Source: Gammaproteobacteria bacterium
GTDB taxonomy: Bacteria; Pseudomonadota; Gammaproteobacteria; Eutrophobiales; Eutrophobiaceae
Length of the DNA: 64,000 nt
Reading direction: 5' to 3'
Assembly: GCA_021773235.1 (NCBI GenBank)
Contig: JAJFKL010000043.1
Span: forward strand, 14,072-78,071
The position numbers and the translations under genes were made by a program. The notes under the pieces are model-generated. The model worked only from the letters and a program-made list of their open reading frames with translations, did no database searches and was not told the origin of the DNA. The stretch's first letter is position 1. Each line of letters begins with the position of its first letter. Positions 1 to 9,886 of the stretch are shown one piece after another.

Positions 1-226
1 GAATGTCATTATTCTTTTGATGTGTATTGAATTGATGTTGTTATCGGTGAATATGAACTTCATTGCTTTTTCTCATTTTCTTGGCGATATACATGGACAG
101 ATTTTTGTATTCTTCATATTGACTGTTGCCGCTGCTGAGGCAGCAATTGGGTTGGCGATTTTGGTTGTTATGTTTCGTAGCAAAGAATCGATTAATGTTG
201 ATGATCTGGATAGCATGAAAGGATAG
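1..226 (+). CDS. nuoK: NADH-quinone oxidoreductase subunit K, 5'-truncated by window edge
   Basis: Translation ...[32 protein letters not shown] matches the conserved C-terminal half of NuoK (about 100 aa). It lies immediately upstream of nuoL in canonical order. The true start is upstream of the window. Confidence 0.8.
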   Translation, partial: NVIILLMCIELMLLSVNMNFIAFSHFLGDIHGQIFVFFILTVAAAEAAIGLAILVVMFRSKESINVDDLDSMKG

Positions 227-229
227 TCA

Positions 230-2212
230 ATGATGAATAATATGGAACAAATCTATCTCGCTATTGTACTGGCCCCATTAATAGGCTCTTTGATTGCTGG
301 TCTATTTGGTAAGGTTATTGGAAGAAGTGGTGCGCATTGGGTCACTATAATTGGCGTTGGCGTATCCAGTATCCTTTCTATGGTGGCGTATAAATATCAT
401 ATGTTTGATGGTGGTGAGATTTATAATCAAACCTTATATACCTGGCTGAGTAGCGGTGGTATAGATTTTAAGATTGGATTTCTAATTGATTCACTCTCGG
501 TCACTATGATGGTCGTTGTAACGTTTGTTTCATGGATGATTCATATCTACACCATAGGTTACATGCATGATGACCCGGGTTATCAACGCTTCTTTAGTTA
601 CATTTCCTTATTTACTTTTGCCATGCTGATGTTAGTCATGTCAAATAACTTCCTGCAGTTGTTCTTTGGTTGGGAAGCAGTTGGCCTGGTCTCATACTTG
701 TTGATTGGTTTTTGGTATAAAAAAGAAACCGCCATTTTCGCAAACATGAAGGCGTTTCTGGTAAACCGGGTAGGGGACTTTGGTTTCTTACTGGGTATCG
801 CTGCTATTTTAATGACTTTCAATTCACTTGATTATGCCGAAATCTTTAGCAATGTAGCTCAGCATGCCGATTCAACCATAATCATACTTGGTGATGAGCC
901 TTGGTCATTAATGACCGTGATCTGTATCTGTTTATTCATTGGTGCAATGGGTAAGTCAGCACAAGTCCCACTGCATGTCTGGTTGCCTGACTCAATGGAA
1001 GGTCCAACACCTATCTCAGCATTGATTCATGCTGCGACGATGGTGACCGCTGGCATTTTCATGGTGTCGAGAATGTCGCCACTGTTTGAATTATCAGAAA
1101 CAGCACTTAGTTTTATATTGGTGATTGGATCGATCACCGCACTGTTCATGGGATTATTAGGCTTGGTGCAAAACGATATTAAACGTGTTGTGGCTTATTC
1201 CACTTTATCGCAGTTAGGTTATATGACTGTTGCTCTAGGAGCCTCAGCCTATGCAGCGGGAATGTTCCACTTGGTAACGCATGCGTTTTTCAAGGCATTG
1301 TTATTCCTTGGTGCCGGTGCAGTGATTATTGTCATGCATCATGAACAAGATATGAGAAAGATGGGCGGCTTATATAAAGTAATGCCAATCACCTGGATCA
1401 CTTGTTTATTTGGAACACTCGCATTGATTGGTTTTCCCGGCACGTCTGGTTTCTTTTCTAAAGATGCCATTATCGAAGCGGTTCACCACTCTACATTAGC
1501 AGGGTCTGGTTTCGCATATTTCTCAGTTATGGCCGGTGTGTTTATAACAGCCTTGTATAGTTTCCGATTATTTTTTATGACCTTCCACGGCAAGCAAAGG
1601 ATGGATATTGATACATGGAAGCATTTGCATGAAGCACCTGCTGTTGTGACCGTGCCGTTAATTGTTTTAGCTATTCCTTCGGTAATATTAGGCGCTTTCT
1701 TAATCGAGCCAATGTTATTCGGTGATTATTTTGGTGACGCAATTTATGTTGCGAGTACCGGTGACCATGACGTTCTTGCTCAGATGGGTGAAGGCTATCA
1801 TGGCATTGGCGGCTTTTTATTACACTCCATTCAGCATCCACTAGTCCTTATTTTGATGTCTTCAGGTATCTTTGTCGCTTGGCTATGTTATATCAAGTTC
1901 CCGGATGTCCCTGGAAAAGTCGTGAATAAAATAGGTCCTGTGCACAAATTACTGGTCAATAAATACGGTTTTGATGACTTCAATCAACTTGTATTCGCAA
2001 AAGGCTCGACAGGAATTGGTCAATTACTTTGGCGAATAGGTGATATCAATATTATTGATGGTTTTTTTGTCAATGGCACGGCGAGAAGTGTACGAATCTT
2101 TTCAAGTATTGTTCGTCATGTACAGTCTGGCTATCTTTATCATTACGCCTTTTCGATTATCATCGGCTTGCTTGTGCTGTTAGCTATATTTGTACATGGT
2201 GTTTTGGGTTGA
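230..2212 (+). CDS. nuoL: NADH-quinone oxidoreductase subunit L
   Basis: 660-aa polytopic membrane protein with antiporter-like NuoL hallmarks (WLPDSMEGPTPISALIHAATMVTAG) and typical length. Position K-L-M-N. Confidence 0.9.
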   Translation: MMNNMEQIYLAIVLAPLIGSLIAGLFGKVIGRSGAHWVTIIGVGVSSILSMVAYKYHMFDGGEIYNQTLYTWLSSGGIDFKIGFLIDSLSVTMMVVVTFVSWMIHIYTIGYMHDDPGYQRFFSYISLFTFAMLMLVMSNNFLQLFFGWEAVGLVSYLLIGFWYKKETAIFANMKAFLVNRVGDFGFLLGIAAILMTFNSLDYAEIFSNVAQHADSTIIILGDEPWSLMTVICICLFIGAMGKSAQVPLHVWLPDSMEGPTPISALIHAATMVTAGIFMVSRMSPLFELSETALSFILVIGSITALFMGLLGLVQNDIKRVVAYSTLSQLGYMTVALGASAYAAGMFHLVTHAFFKALLFLGAGAVIIVMHHEQDMRKMGGLYKVMPITWITCLFGTLALIGFPGTSGFFSKDAIIEAVHHSTLAGSGFAYFSVMAGVFITALYSFRLFFMTFHGKQRMDIDTWKHLHEAPAVVTVPLIVLAIPSVILGAFLIEPMLFGDYFGDAIYVASTGDHDVLAQMGEGYHGIGGFLLHSIQHPLVLILMSSGIFVAWLCYIKFPDVPGKVVNKIGPVHKLLVNKYGFDDFNQLVFAKGSTGIGQLLWRIGDINIIDGFFVNGTARSVRIFSSIVRHVQSGYLYHYAFSIIIGLLVLLAIFVHGVLG

Positions 2213-2266
2213 TACACAGAGCTTGAATAAAAAAATAGAAGAACTATAGAAAAATAAATTTAAACA

Positions 2267-3787
2267 ATGACATTAAATAGTTTACCCATTTTAAGCATCC
2301 TTATCTGGACTCCGATTATCGGTGGTATCTGGGCATTGATTGCGGGCGATCGACAGGAACAAACAGTTAAGTATTTTTCATTCGCAGTCTCCGTCATTAC
2401 CTTTATATTTTCTGTCATTCTATATTGTCAGTTCGATCCTTCTTATGCAGGCATGCAATTTATTGAAGAATCAGATTGGATAAAAGCCTTTGATATTAAA
2501 TATCACTTAGGCGTGGATGGGATTGCCCTACCATTAATAATGCTCACTAGTTTTACCACTATTCTCGTAATATTGGCGGCATGGGATGTGATTGAAAAAC
2601 ACATCTCTTATTATATGTGTGCCTTCTTGATATTGACTGGCTTAATGAACGGCGTCTTTGTCGCGCTCGATGCCATTTTGTTTTATGTCTACTGGGAAGC
2701 GATGTTAATACCGATGTTCTTGATCATTGGTATTTGGGGTGGGCCAAACAGGGTCTATGCCACAATCAAGTTTTTCCTATATACCTTCCTCGGCTCGGTA
2801 TTCATGTTGGTGGCTTTTCTCTATCTATACTCTCAAGCAAATAGTTTTAATATTGAAGCCTTACATGATGTACCACTGACGTTAACGGCTCAGAAATATA
2901 TTTTTGTGGCATTCTTTTTAGCGTTTGCGGTGAAGATTCCAATGTGGCCAGTGCATACATGGTTACCAGATGCACACGTAGAAGCACCAACCGGCGGTTC
3001 TGTGATCTTGGCAGCGATTATGTTGAAGATGGGTGGTTATGGTTTTCTGAGGTTCAGTTTGCCAATCACACCAGACGCGAGTCTTTTCTTTGATGATATG
3101 ATGATTGTTCTTTCACTCATTGCCATAGTCTATATCGGCTTTGTTGCACTGGTTCAGGAAGATATGAAGAAACTGATTGCCTATTCTTCTATATCGCATA
3201 TGGGATTTGTGACACTCGGGTTCTTTATACCTTTTAGTATTGTTGCCGCAAGCGGGTCATCATCAGGCGCTATCATGGGTATGGAAGGCGCAATGATGCA
3301 GATGATTTCGCATGGTTTTATCTCAGCAGCAATGTTCTTGTGTGTTGGTGTTATGTATGACCGCATGCATAGTCGAATGATTAAAGACTATGGTGGTGTG
3401 GTAAATAGCATGCCGTACTTTGCTGCCTTTATGATGTTGTTTGCGATGGCAAATGCTGGCTTACCAGGGACATCGGGATTTGTTGGCGAATTTCTAGTTA
3501 TCCTAAGTAGCTTCGAGGCCAGTTTCTGGATCGCGTTTACTGCAGCAATGACATTAATTTTAGGCGCCGCTTATACCTTATGGATGTATAAACGCGTTGT
3601 CTTTGGTGACGTTACTAAAGAATCTGTTGCCGAATTAAAAGATATTAACGGACGAGAAGCGTTCATTCTCTTCCTCTTGGCTGTAGTTGTTTTAACATTC
3701 GGTATTTGGCCTGCACCAATATTCGAAGTCATGCATGTGACAGTAGAACAACTGATCGAGCATGTACTCCAATCAAAGATTCTATAA
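2267..3787 (+). CDS. nuoM: NADH-quinone oxidoreductase subunit M
   Basis: 506 aa with motif WLPDAHVEAPTGGSVILAAIMLKMGGYG typical of NuoM. Follows nuoL. Confidence 0.9.
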   Translation: MTLNSLPILSILIWTPIIGGIWALIAGDRQEQTVKYFSFAVSVITFIFSVILYCQFDPSYAGMQFIEESDWIKAFDIKYHLGVDGIALPLIMLTSFTTILVILAAWDVIEKHISYYMCAFLILTGLMNGVFVALDAILFYVYWEAMLIPMFLIIGIWGGPNRVYATIKFFLYTFLGSVFMLVAFLYLYSQANSFNIEALHDVPLTLTAQKYIFVAFFLAFAVKIPMWPVHTWLPDAHVEAPTGGSVILAAIMLKMGGYGFLRFSLPITPDASLFFDDMMIVLSLIAIVYIGFVALVQEDMKKLIAYSSISHMGFVTLGFFIPFSIVAASGSSSGAIMGMEGAMMQMISHGFISAAMFLCVGVMYDRMHSRMIKDYGGVVNSMPYFAAFMMLFAMANAGLPGTSGFVGEFLVILSSFEASFWIAFTAAMTLILGAAYTLWMYKRVVFGDVTKESVAELKDINGREAFILFLLAVVVLTFGIWPAPIFEVMHVTVEQLIEHVLQSKIL

Positions 3788-3797
3788 ATGGTGAATT

Positions 3798-5228
3798 ATG
3801 AATGCTGACTTAATCATTGCACTACCAGAGATAACGCTACTTACATTGGCGTGTTTGGTATTGCTAGTGGATGCATTTAGTAAAGATCCATTACATCTGT
3901 TGACGTACTGGACTACTCAAGCAAGTTTGTTAGCTGTCCTGACGTTAGTATTGTATTACTTCCCAGACAATGCACAGATTGCTTTTAATGGTAGTTTTGT
4001 CAGTGATTCCATGAGCGCCATTCTTAAAGCATTTATGTGTGGTATTACCTTTGTGGTATTTCTCTATTCGCATGAATATCTAAAAGAACACAAATCCCTA
4101 AAAGGTGAATACTTCGTGCTTGGCCTGTTTGCAGTACTCGGCATGATGATTATGGCATCGGCCTATAGCTTATTATCTGTCTACCTTGGTCTTGAACTCT
4201 TATCGCTTTCTCTCTATGCCATGGTTGCCATGCAACGTGACTCAAAGACTGCTCCTGAAGCGGCTATGAAATATTTTGTTTTGGGTGCAATAGCATCAGG
4301 TATGTTGCTGTACGGTATTTCAATGATCTATGGTCTAACAGGCTCTCTGGATTTACTTACCATTGCTGAAAGAATTAATGTTGACGATACAAATCATATG
4401 TATCTGGTTTATGGCATGATATTTTTGATTATTGGTATTGCATTTAAACTAGGTGCTGCACCGTTTCATATGTGGGTACCGGACGTTTATCAGGGTGCTC
4501 CTACATCGGTGACCTTGTTTATCAGTACCGCACCTAAACTGGCGGCATTTGCTATGGCGATGCGCGTACTGGTTGATGGTTTAATGCCATTAGTTAGCGA
4601 TTGGCAATCAATCCTGATGATTTTAGCTGTGCTCTCCATGGCTACAGGAAATATTATTGCTATCGCGCAAACCAACATGAAACGCATGTTGGCTTATTCA
4701 ACTATCGCCCATGTTGGGTTCTTATTTCTGGGGCTGATTGCCGGAACAACATCGGGTTTTTCTGGCTCAATGTTTTATATCATCAGTTATGCATTAATGA
4801 GTATGGGTGCGTTCGGCATGATAATCCTGCTTGGCCGTAATGGTTTCGAAGCAGATATGCTTGACGATTTTAAGGGCTTGTCAGAAAGAAGTCCCTGGTT
4901 TGCCTTTGTAATGTTGTGCATCATGTTTTCAATGGCAGGGGTTCCTCCCTTCCTGGGTTTTTGGTCAAAATGGTTTGTATTAAAAGAACTCGTTGCATCA
5001 GGTTTTGTTGAGCTGGCAGCTATAGCCGTTTTATTTTCAATAATCGGTGCTTATTATTATCTTCGTATTATTAAATTAATGTATTTTGATAAACCAGATT
5101 CAATGACAGCGATTAAGTCATCAAAACAAATGCGCTTTGTTTTGAGTGTTAATGGTATTGCTATTCTTGCATTGGGGTTAGCGCCTAATGTATTGATGAG
5201 TCTTTGTTTGGTGGCATTAGCAGGGTAA
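3798..5228 (+). CDS. nuoN: NADH-quinone oxidoreductase subunit N
   Basis: 476-aa membrane protein, antiporter-like fold (APFHMWVPDVYQGAPT). Last gene of the nuo operon. Confidence 0.9.
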   Translation: MNADLIIALPEITLLTLACLVLLVDAFSKDPLHLLTYWTTQASLLAVLTLVLYYFPDNAQIAFNGSFVSDSMSAILKAFMCGITFVVFLYSHEYLKEHKSLKGEYFVLGLFAVLGMMIMASAYSLLSVYLGLELLSLSLYAMVAMQRDSKTAPEAAMKYFVLGAIASGMLLYGISMIYGLTGSLDLLTIAERINVDDTNHMYLVYGMIFLIIGIAFKLGAAPFHMWVPDVYQGAPTSVTLFISTAPKLAAFAMAMRVLVDGLMPLVSDWQSILMILAVLSMATGNIIAIAQTNMKRMLAYSTIAHVGFLFLGLIAGTTSGFSGSMFYIISYALMSMGAFGMIILLGRNGFEADMLDDFKGLSERSPWFAFVMLCIMFSMAGVPPFLGFWSKWFVLKELVASGFVELAAIAVLFSIIGAYYYLRIIKLMYFDKPDSMTAIKSSKQMRFVLSVNGIAILALGLAPNVLMSLCLVALAG

Positions 5229-5238
5229 ACGTTCTTGT

Positions 5239-5300
5239 CATTCCTGCGTAGGCAGGAATCCAGTCTTAATAATTACATTATTCTTTATTTTTAAATTGGT
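5239..5300 (+). terminator. putative rho-independent terminator of the nuo operon
   Basis: Inverted repeat attcctgc-GTAG-gcaggaat (8-bp stem) 11 nt after the nuoN stop, followed by a T-rich tract (ttctttattttt). Confidence 0.4.
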
Positions 5301-5879
5301 TTCGCCTACTACGGCGAGTCCGCTGCTCCTTCGCATCCATGCGATCGCAGCATAAGTACGTCCATGTACAAAACTTTTTATTGCTTGCCCAAGATATAAG
5401 TAATCAAAGACGACATACACGGATGTATTAGTGTCGCGAGAGGACAGGAGTCCGAAGCGATTAAGGGCACCCTAATGTCCTGTCCTGCGGATACCCTCAG
5501 CATTCTTCTATTTCAATGGCACGCGCATACGGACTCCTCGACTCTGTCTCCTGATTCGTTCTACCTCCTGCGTCCATGCAGTCGTGTCCTAATGCGCTCT
5601 CGCAACACACCCCTCAAGGGGGTACCGAGGTCCATGTTGCTCAACCATTGAAATACAAGAATGCCTCGGCAAGTCATAAGGGTATTGATTAAACCTACAC
5701 CATTTGAAGTATGTTAAGAGAGCGTAAAATTCATCCTTTTCGTTAAATTGAGTCAATACCAAATGATATTAACCACGTCTGCTTTTAGTGATGGGTTAAA
5801 ATGTTAATATTCAGCTACCGACCCAAAGCGGACATTATCGTTATAAAATAAAGTACATTTAAATTTTATATAGAATGCT

Positions 5880-6695
5880 TCATTCAGAACATTGACTAAC
5901 TTTATTGATAAGTTGCTTACTAATGCCATGTTCTTGATTGTGTTCTTGTAAGAATTTTGCTTCGATTGTATAAGCCAGTGCTTCCAGCTCGTTTTTACAT
6001 TCAGAATCATCATCAAGATTTTCTTGATACTGCAAATAATGTACTAACTCATGTAGTAGAATGCCTCGACCCACTTCAGTTTTCAAATCAACCGAATCAA
6101 GTAAGTAAATTGCTTCTTCATTAAAATTATATAGCCCGAGAATATTTAAATTCGATGCGTTAACACTAGCAGGAAGTTTTCCTCCAAATGCAACTTGGGC
6201 AATTATTTGTGGGTTAACAAAATTTAATTTCGGCAATTGTTCTATTTTATATTCGAATGATGAATGTTCATTAATCCAATCAAGCAACCCATGCATCAAT
6301 TGCTCAGAGGTAGAAAATATGCTTGTTTGTAAATCAATACGAGGATAAGTTTGTACTTGTTCTAAACTGTTATTTAATGTTACCTCATCTACAATACCAG
6401 TATTATCTGCGATAACATTTTGAGAGAGTATACTTGCAGTGAGTATCAATATTGTAATGACATTTGCAGAAGAGGGATCTTTAACGCGCTTTATTCCTTC
6501 TAAAAAATCAGCGCGTCTATCTTCCTTAATAATGTAATCGTTATTTTTAGCAAAATTAACTAAAGCTAGATAAGCTACAGGATGTTTGTATTCAAGGCCG
6601 CGTTCATAGATAAGAGATCGTTGTCCATTTAAAATACAGGGATGAACCATAAATCTTTTCTTAATCTCATCGATGCTGTTTTTTCTTTTTTTCAT
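5880..6695 (-). CDS. hypothetical protein with HExxH...E zinc-metallopeptidase-like motif
   Basis: 271-aa ORF. C-terminal HELVHYLQ...ELEALAY resembles a gluzincin HExxH + E arrangement. No other recognisable family. Confidence 0.45.
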   Translation of the reverse strand: MKKRKNSIDEIKKRFMVHPCILNGQRSLIYERGLEYKHPVAYLALVNFAKNNDYIIKEDRRADFLEGIKRVKDPSSANVITILILTASILSQNVIADNTGIVDEVTLNNSLEQVQTYPRIDLQTSIFSTSEQLMHGLLDWINEHSSFEYKIEQLPKLNFVNPQIIAQVAFGGKLPASVNASNLNILGLYNFNEEAIYLLDSVDLKTEVGRGILLHELVHYLQYQENLDDDSECKNELEALAYTIEAKFLQEHNQEHGISKQLINKVSQCSE

Positions 6696-6821
6696 ATATG
6701 TAGTAACAAATGAATATTTATATAGCAGGTTAATTAAATTGTCATCGATGAAATATGAGGAATATTTTTTAGATTAGCATTAGAGATTAAATACTGAACA
6801 GTAATTACCTATAATTTAATA

Positions 6822-7895
6822 CTAGTGAAGACCAAACTCTTTGCCGTTTAGCCTTCCATCCTCAACAAGCGTACATGCTGCTGAAAGCGATGGATGATGA
6901 TATTTGTTTGGTTCCTGTTTCATGATTTCAATGGCGTCTTTAAATGAAAGCGCTTGCCGGTATGGACGAACGCCCGCAATTGCTTCTAGAGAATCAGCAA
7001 CTGCAACAATCGAAACTTCGATTGGAATACTAGAGCCTATCAACCCATAAGGGTAACCCGAACCATCCTGATGTTCATGGTGTAACAATACTATATTTTT
7101 TATTTTTTCATCGAAGTCAACTTCACCAAGAATTTCATAGCCAACAACAGGGTGCCGCTTTATAAATTCCCATTCGAATGTTTCTAATGTAGAAGGTTTT
7201 GTTAAAATTTCGGTTGGTACAGAAATTTTTCCAATATCATGAATACTGGCACCGAGTTGAATCATATCTATAGACTCCTGATTCAAACCTAACAATTTGG
7301 CGATCTCAGTAGAGATTGCTGCAGTACGGCTCATATGCCCAACTGTATAGGGATCTCTTTTTTCAATAGTGGAAGTTAATGCAAATGCTGTTTTTTGTAA
7401 TGCTATAATAATATTATTATTTACATTAACTGTAGGAGTGTTGTCTATGAATTCTGCTAGTCGGTATGTGACATTATCAATATTGATAATTAACGGGGAT
7501 ACTGTCGTATATTTAGTATTAGATTCCTTAGTAAGCAAACGTAACTTGTAACGTCCTGGGTTATTTTCACGGATTCGCTTTAATACCATCTCCTGATCTT
7601 GTTTTAAAATTAAATTAGTTACACTTTTCTTATATAATTCATTCCGAGTATAACCGACCATATCTAAGAAAGATTCGTTAGCCGCAACAACTTTACCATC
7701 GACAGATACAACAAATGCTCCTATGACAAAGGGCAGACTATTAGCCATAGCTTCCACGCCACCCTGTCTAAAAACGCTCTCCATAAATATATTAAATACA
7801 TCTTTATACTTGCTATCAATAGATTTAAGTGATGAGCTCATTTGTGAATGTATATCCTTATAATTATTCAAGTCATGTATGTCAGGAGTGTGCAT
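6822..7895 (-). CDS. PAS-domain HD-GYP phosphodiesterase (c-di-GMP signalling)
   Basis: 357 aa. C-terminal HD-GYP signature (HDIGK...HHEHQDGSGYPYGL). N-terminal PAS-like region. Confidence 0.85.
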   Translation of the reverse strand: MHTPDIHDLNNYKDIHSQMSSSLKSIDSKYKDVFNIFMESVFRQGGVEAMANSLPFVIGAFVVSVDGKVVAANESFLDMVGYTRNELYKKSVTNLILKQDQEMVLKRIRENNPGRYKLRLLTKESNTKYTTVSPLIINIDNVTYRLAEFIDNTPTVNVNNNIIIALQKTAFALTSTIEKRDPYTVGHMSRTAAISTEIAKLLGLNQESIDMIQLGASIHDIGKISVPTEILTKPSTLETFEWEFIKRHPVVGYEILGEVDFDEKIKNIVLLHHEHQDGSGYPYGLIGSSIPIEVSIVAVADSLEAIAGVRPYRQALSFKDAIEIMKQEPNKYHHPSLSAACTLVEDGRLNGKEFGLH

Positions 7896-7914
7896 AGTGT
7901 TTCTAATATAAAGA

Positions 7915-8319
7915 CTAGTGTAGAAGATCTTTATTGTGAATTAATTTCAATATATCCAGTGTTGAAATTATACCGTTACATTCTTTTCCATTAATTTCTA
8001 TATCATTAACTAAAATATGATGAACATGATTATTTAACATTAGTGTAATGACATCATTGATACTTGCACCCTTAGAAACACTTAATAACTTATGACTACA
8101 TATTTCCCATGCATGGGTTGCTTTCGTATTTTTCTGTTCTTTTTCTGCGATTAAAATATTAGCTTCTGTTATTACGCCAAATATTTTCTTATCATCATCT
8201 ACCACTACTACGCAGGAATGGTTCAGCCAATCATTATTGTTTTTTATCTTTTCAATTGAGTCATTGAAGTCGGAGTATTTTATTGCGTTGGCTATATCAG
8301 AAGCGTAAATGTTATCCAT
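7915..8319 (-). CDS. CBS-domain protein
   Basis: 134 aa with two CBS-like repeats (VVVDDDKKIFGVITEANIL; HHILVNDIEINGKECNGIISTLDIL). Confidence 0.7.
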   Translation of the reverse strand: MDNIYASDIANAIKYSDFNDSIEKIKNNNDWLNHSCVVVVDDDKKIFGVITEANILIAEKEQKNTKATHAWEICSHKLLSVSKGASINDVITLMLNNHVHHILVNDIEINGKECNGIISTLDILKLIHNKDLLH

Positions 8320-8751
8320 GATATTTGTCCGTCCATGTGTAACTCAGATTTTACATTTTAGGTAATGTAAAAAAACATTGTTAAGTCCTTCAAAGTTCAA
8401 GGAATGACAGTTAACAACTACTGAATTTAAAAAATTCACAATTTGCTAGGATAAGTATAGTTCTTTATTGAAAATTAACAGAATTATTATTTAAAGTTCT
8501 GATATATAACAACTTATTATGCTACATAATTTTGATTATATTTAAGCTATAGAGCTCTATATTGCCTTTGCATCAACATGTAAAGTTGTCATAAGTGCGA
8601 TTAATGCTTTTGCAAAATGATACCCTTAGAGAATACATGAAATACCGCTTATGGCCGAATGCAGAGTTTTAATTTTAACGCTCCAAAGCGGAAGTTAAAT
8701 ATCTATTAATATGAAATGAAATAAATAGGGGTAGACCGCGATTTTCCTACG

Positions 8752-8970
8752 ATGCCAAAAATAATTCTAGAATCTGTGCTTACTTGCCCTGAATGTGATC
8801 ACTGTAAGTAGGAAACTATGCCTACTGATTCATGTTTGTATTTTTATGAGTGTGAATAGTGTCATTCGTTGCTTAAGCCACAAGCTGGGGGTTGTTGTGT
8901 GTTTTGTTCTTATGGGACTGTTAAATGCCCACCGATTCAAGAAGGGGGAAAGTCTTGTTGTAAATGGTAA
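8752..8970 (+). pseudogene. small Cys-rich GDCCVxC-type ORF interrupted by two in-frame TAG codons
   Basis: A single frame reads MPKIILESVLTCPECDHCK*ETMPTDSCLYFYECE*CHSLLKPQAGGCCVFCSYGTVKCPPIQEGGKSCCKW*. Both internal stops are TAG and there is no frameshift. Motifs CPxC, FYEC and GxCCVFCSYG recall the small Cys-rich GDCCVxC protein family. Confidence 0.4.
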
Positions 8971-9374
8971 TTAGTATTCAGCAAGAATAATGTTAATCGC
9001 TTCTTGCATGTGTTCTGTCCAGAGTGCTTCAAGTCCTGATGTGAATTCTGGGTCATGTTTCTTTACGGTTTCGCAAAGACTATCTAACCATAAATTATAA
9101 AGTTCTGGTTTTATATTGAGGTTATCTTCCTTGTGAGTCTTGGCCACCATTGCCAATGTATTTTGTGTTCTTTTGTCTTCCAATGGAAAACGTATCATGC
9201 TGGTGACGGTTGCCTTTAATAATTTCTTTTGTTTATAAAATCAGTATTGGCAAAGAGTGGTGGGATTTCATCTGAAATAGATAGAAAGAGATCATAAAAT
9301 GTATCGTAAAACCCATCTGTCTTTACACAGCGGTTGTAACTTTCTTTTACAATTTCGTATGTTTCTGTGCTCAT
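8971..9374 (-). pseudogene. single-domain globin-like gene, apparently frameshifted
   Basis: Minus-strand ATG at 9374 encodes MSTETYEIVKESYNRCVKTDGFYDTFYDLFLSISDEIPPLFANTDFINKRNY* (about 52 aa). A 75-aa ORF (8971..9198) in another frame continues ...KRTQNTLAMVAKTHKE...ALWTEHMQEAINIIL. Together they resemble a bacterial single-domain (Vitreoscilla-type) globin split by a frameshift near 9200-9230. Confidence 0.4.
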
Positions 9375-9422
9375 TATATGGTTATTGCGTATAGGGGAAG
9401 GGTGCGTTAAATAGTGATGTGA

Positions 9423-9839
9423 TCACTGATTACTGCGTGATCGAATGACTTCGGCCGGTATTCCTAATTGAAATATCAGATATTCTTTAAAGTCGGCTTC
9501 GTATGCTTGTTCATCAATACTTTCTTTCATACAAGTTAGCCATTGATCACGTTCATCTGTACCTATTGATAGATGTTGGTGTACAGAAGGGATGCTGATG
9601 GGGCCGTATTTTTCTTGATATCGTTTAGGGCCACCTAGCCAACCGCAGAGGAATCTTGCGAGTTTGTCGATTGATATTTCTATATCGTCGGGGTGCATAT
9701 TATAGATGGTGCTAAACCGAGGGTCGCTTCCCATACGGTCGTAAAAATTATCGACCAGTTTTCTTATGCCTTCTTCTCCTCCTGCTGCCTGAAAAGAGGT
9801 GTCTCCTGTGCCATAGCTCATATTATTTTCTTTACTCAT
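9423..9839 (-). CDS. glbO: group 2 truncated haemoglobin (trHbO)
   Basis: 138 aa with FYDRMGSDPRFSTIY...HQHLSIGTDERDQWLTCM characteristic of 2/2 haemoglobin group II. Confidence 0.8.
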   Translation of the reverse strand: MSKENNMSYGTGDTSFQAAGGEEGIRKLVDNFYDRMGSDPRFSTIYNMHPDDIEISIDKLARFLCGWLGGPKRYQEKYGPISIPSVHQHLSIGTDERDQWLTCMKESIDEQAYEADFKEYLIFQLGIPAEVIRSRSNQ

Positions 9840-9886
9840 TATTCAGTTCTTCACTTTTCCTAATTATTGTTGTTTATAAGCTAATG

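Noticed and set aside
598-822. 74-aa minus-strand ORF
   Set aside because: Lies antisense inside nuoL and has no conserved features. It is a spurious frame artefact, as are the other short antisense ORFs inside nuoM/nuoN (2617..2844, 3181..3366, 4490..4687, 4601..4840).
5300-5700. tRNA, tmRNA, RNase P, 6S or SRP RNA in the GC-richer post-nuoN stretch
   Set aside because: None of the conserved boxes I know for these RNAs (for example tmRNA 5' GGGGCUGAUUCUGGAUUCGAC, RNase P GGAAAGUCCGGGCUCC) are present. Left as an unexplained structured region.
8752-8970. Reading the in-frame TAGs as pyrrolysine or selenocysteine recoding
   Set aside because: Sec is encoded by TGA, not TAG, and no pyl genes or SECIS-like context are visible. 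The other genes here terminate normally at TAG in the ORF track, so global amber reassignment is not supported. Kept as a pseudogene or possible error, with read-through as a remote possibility.
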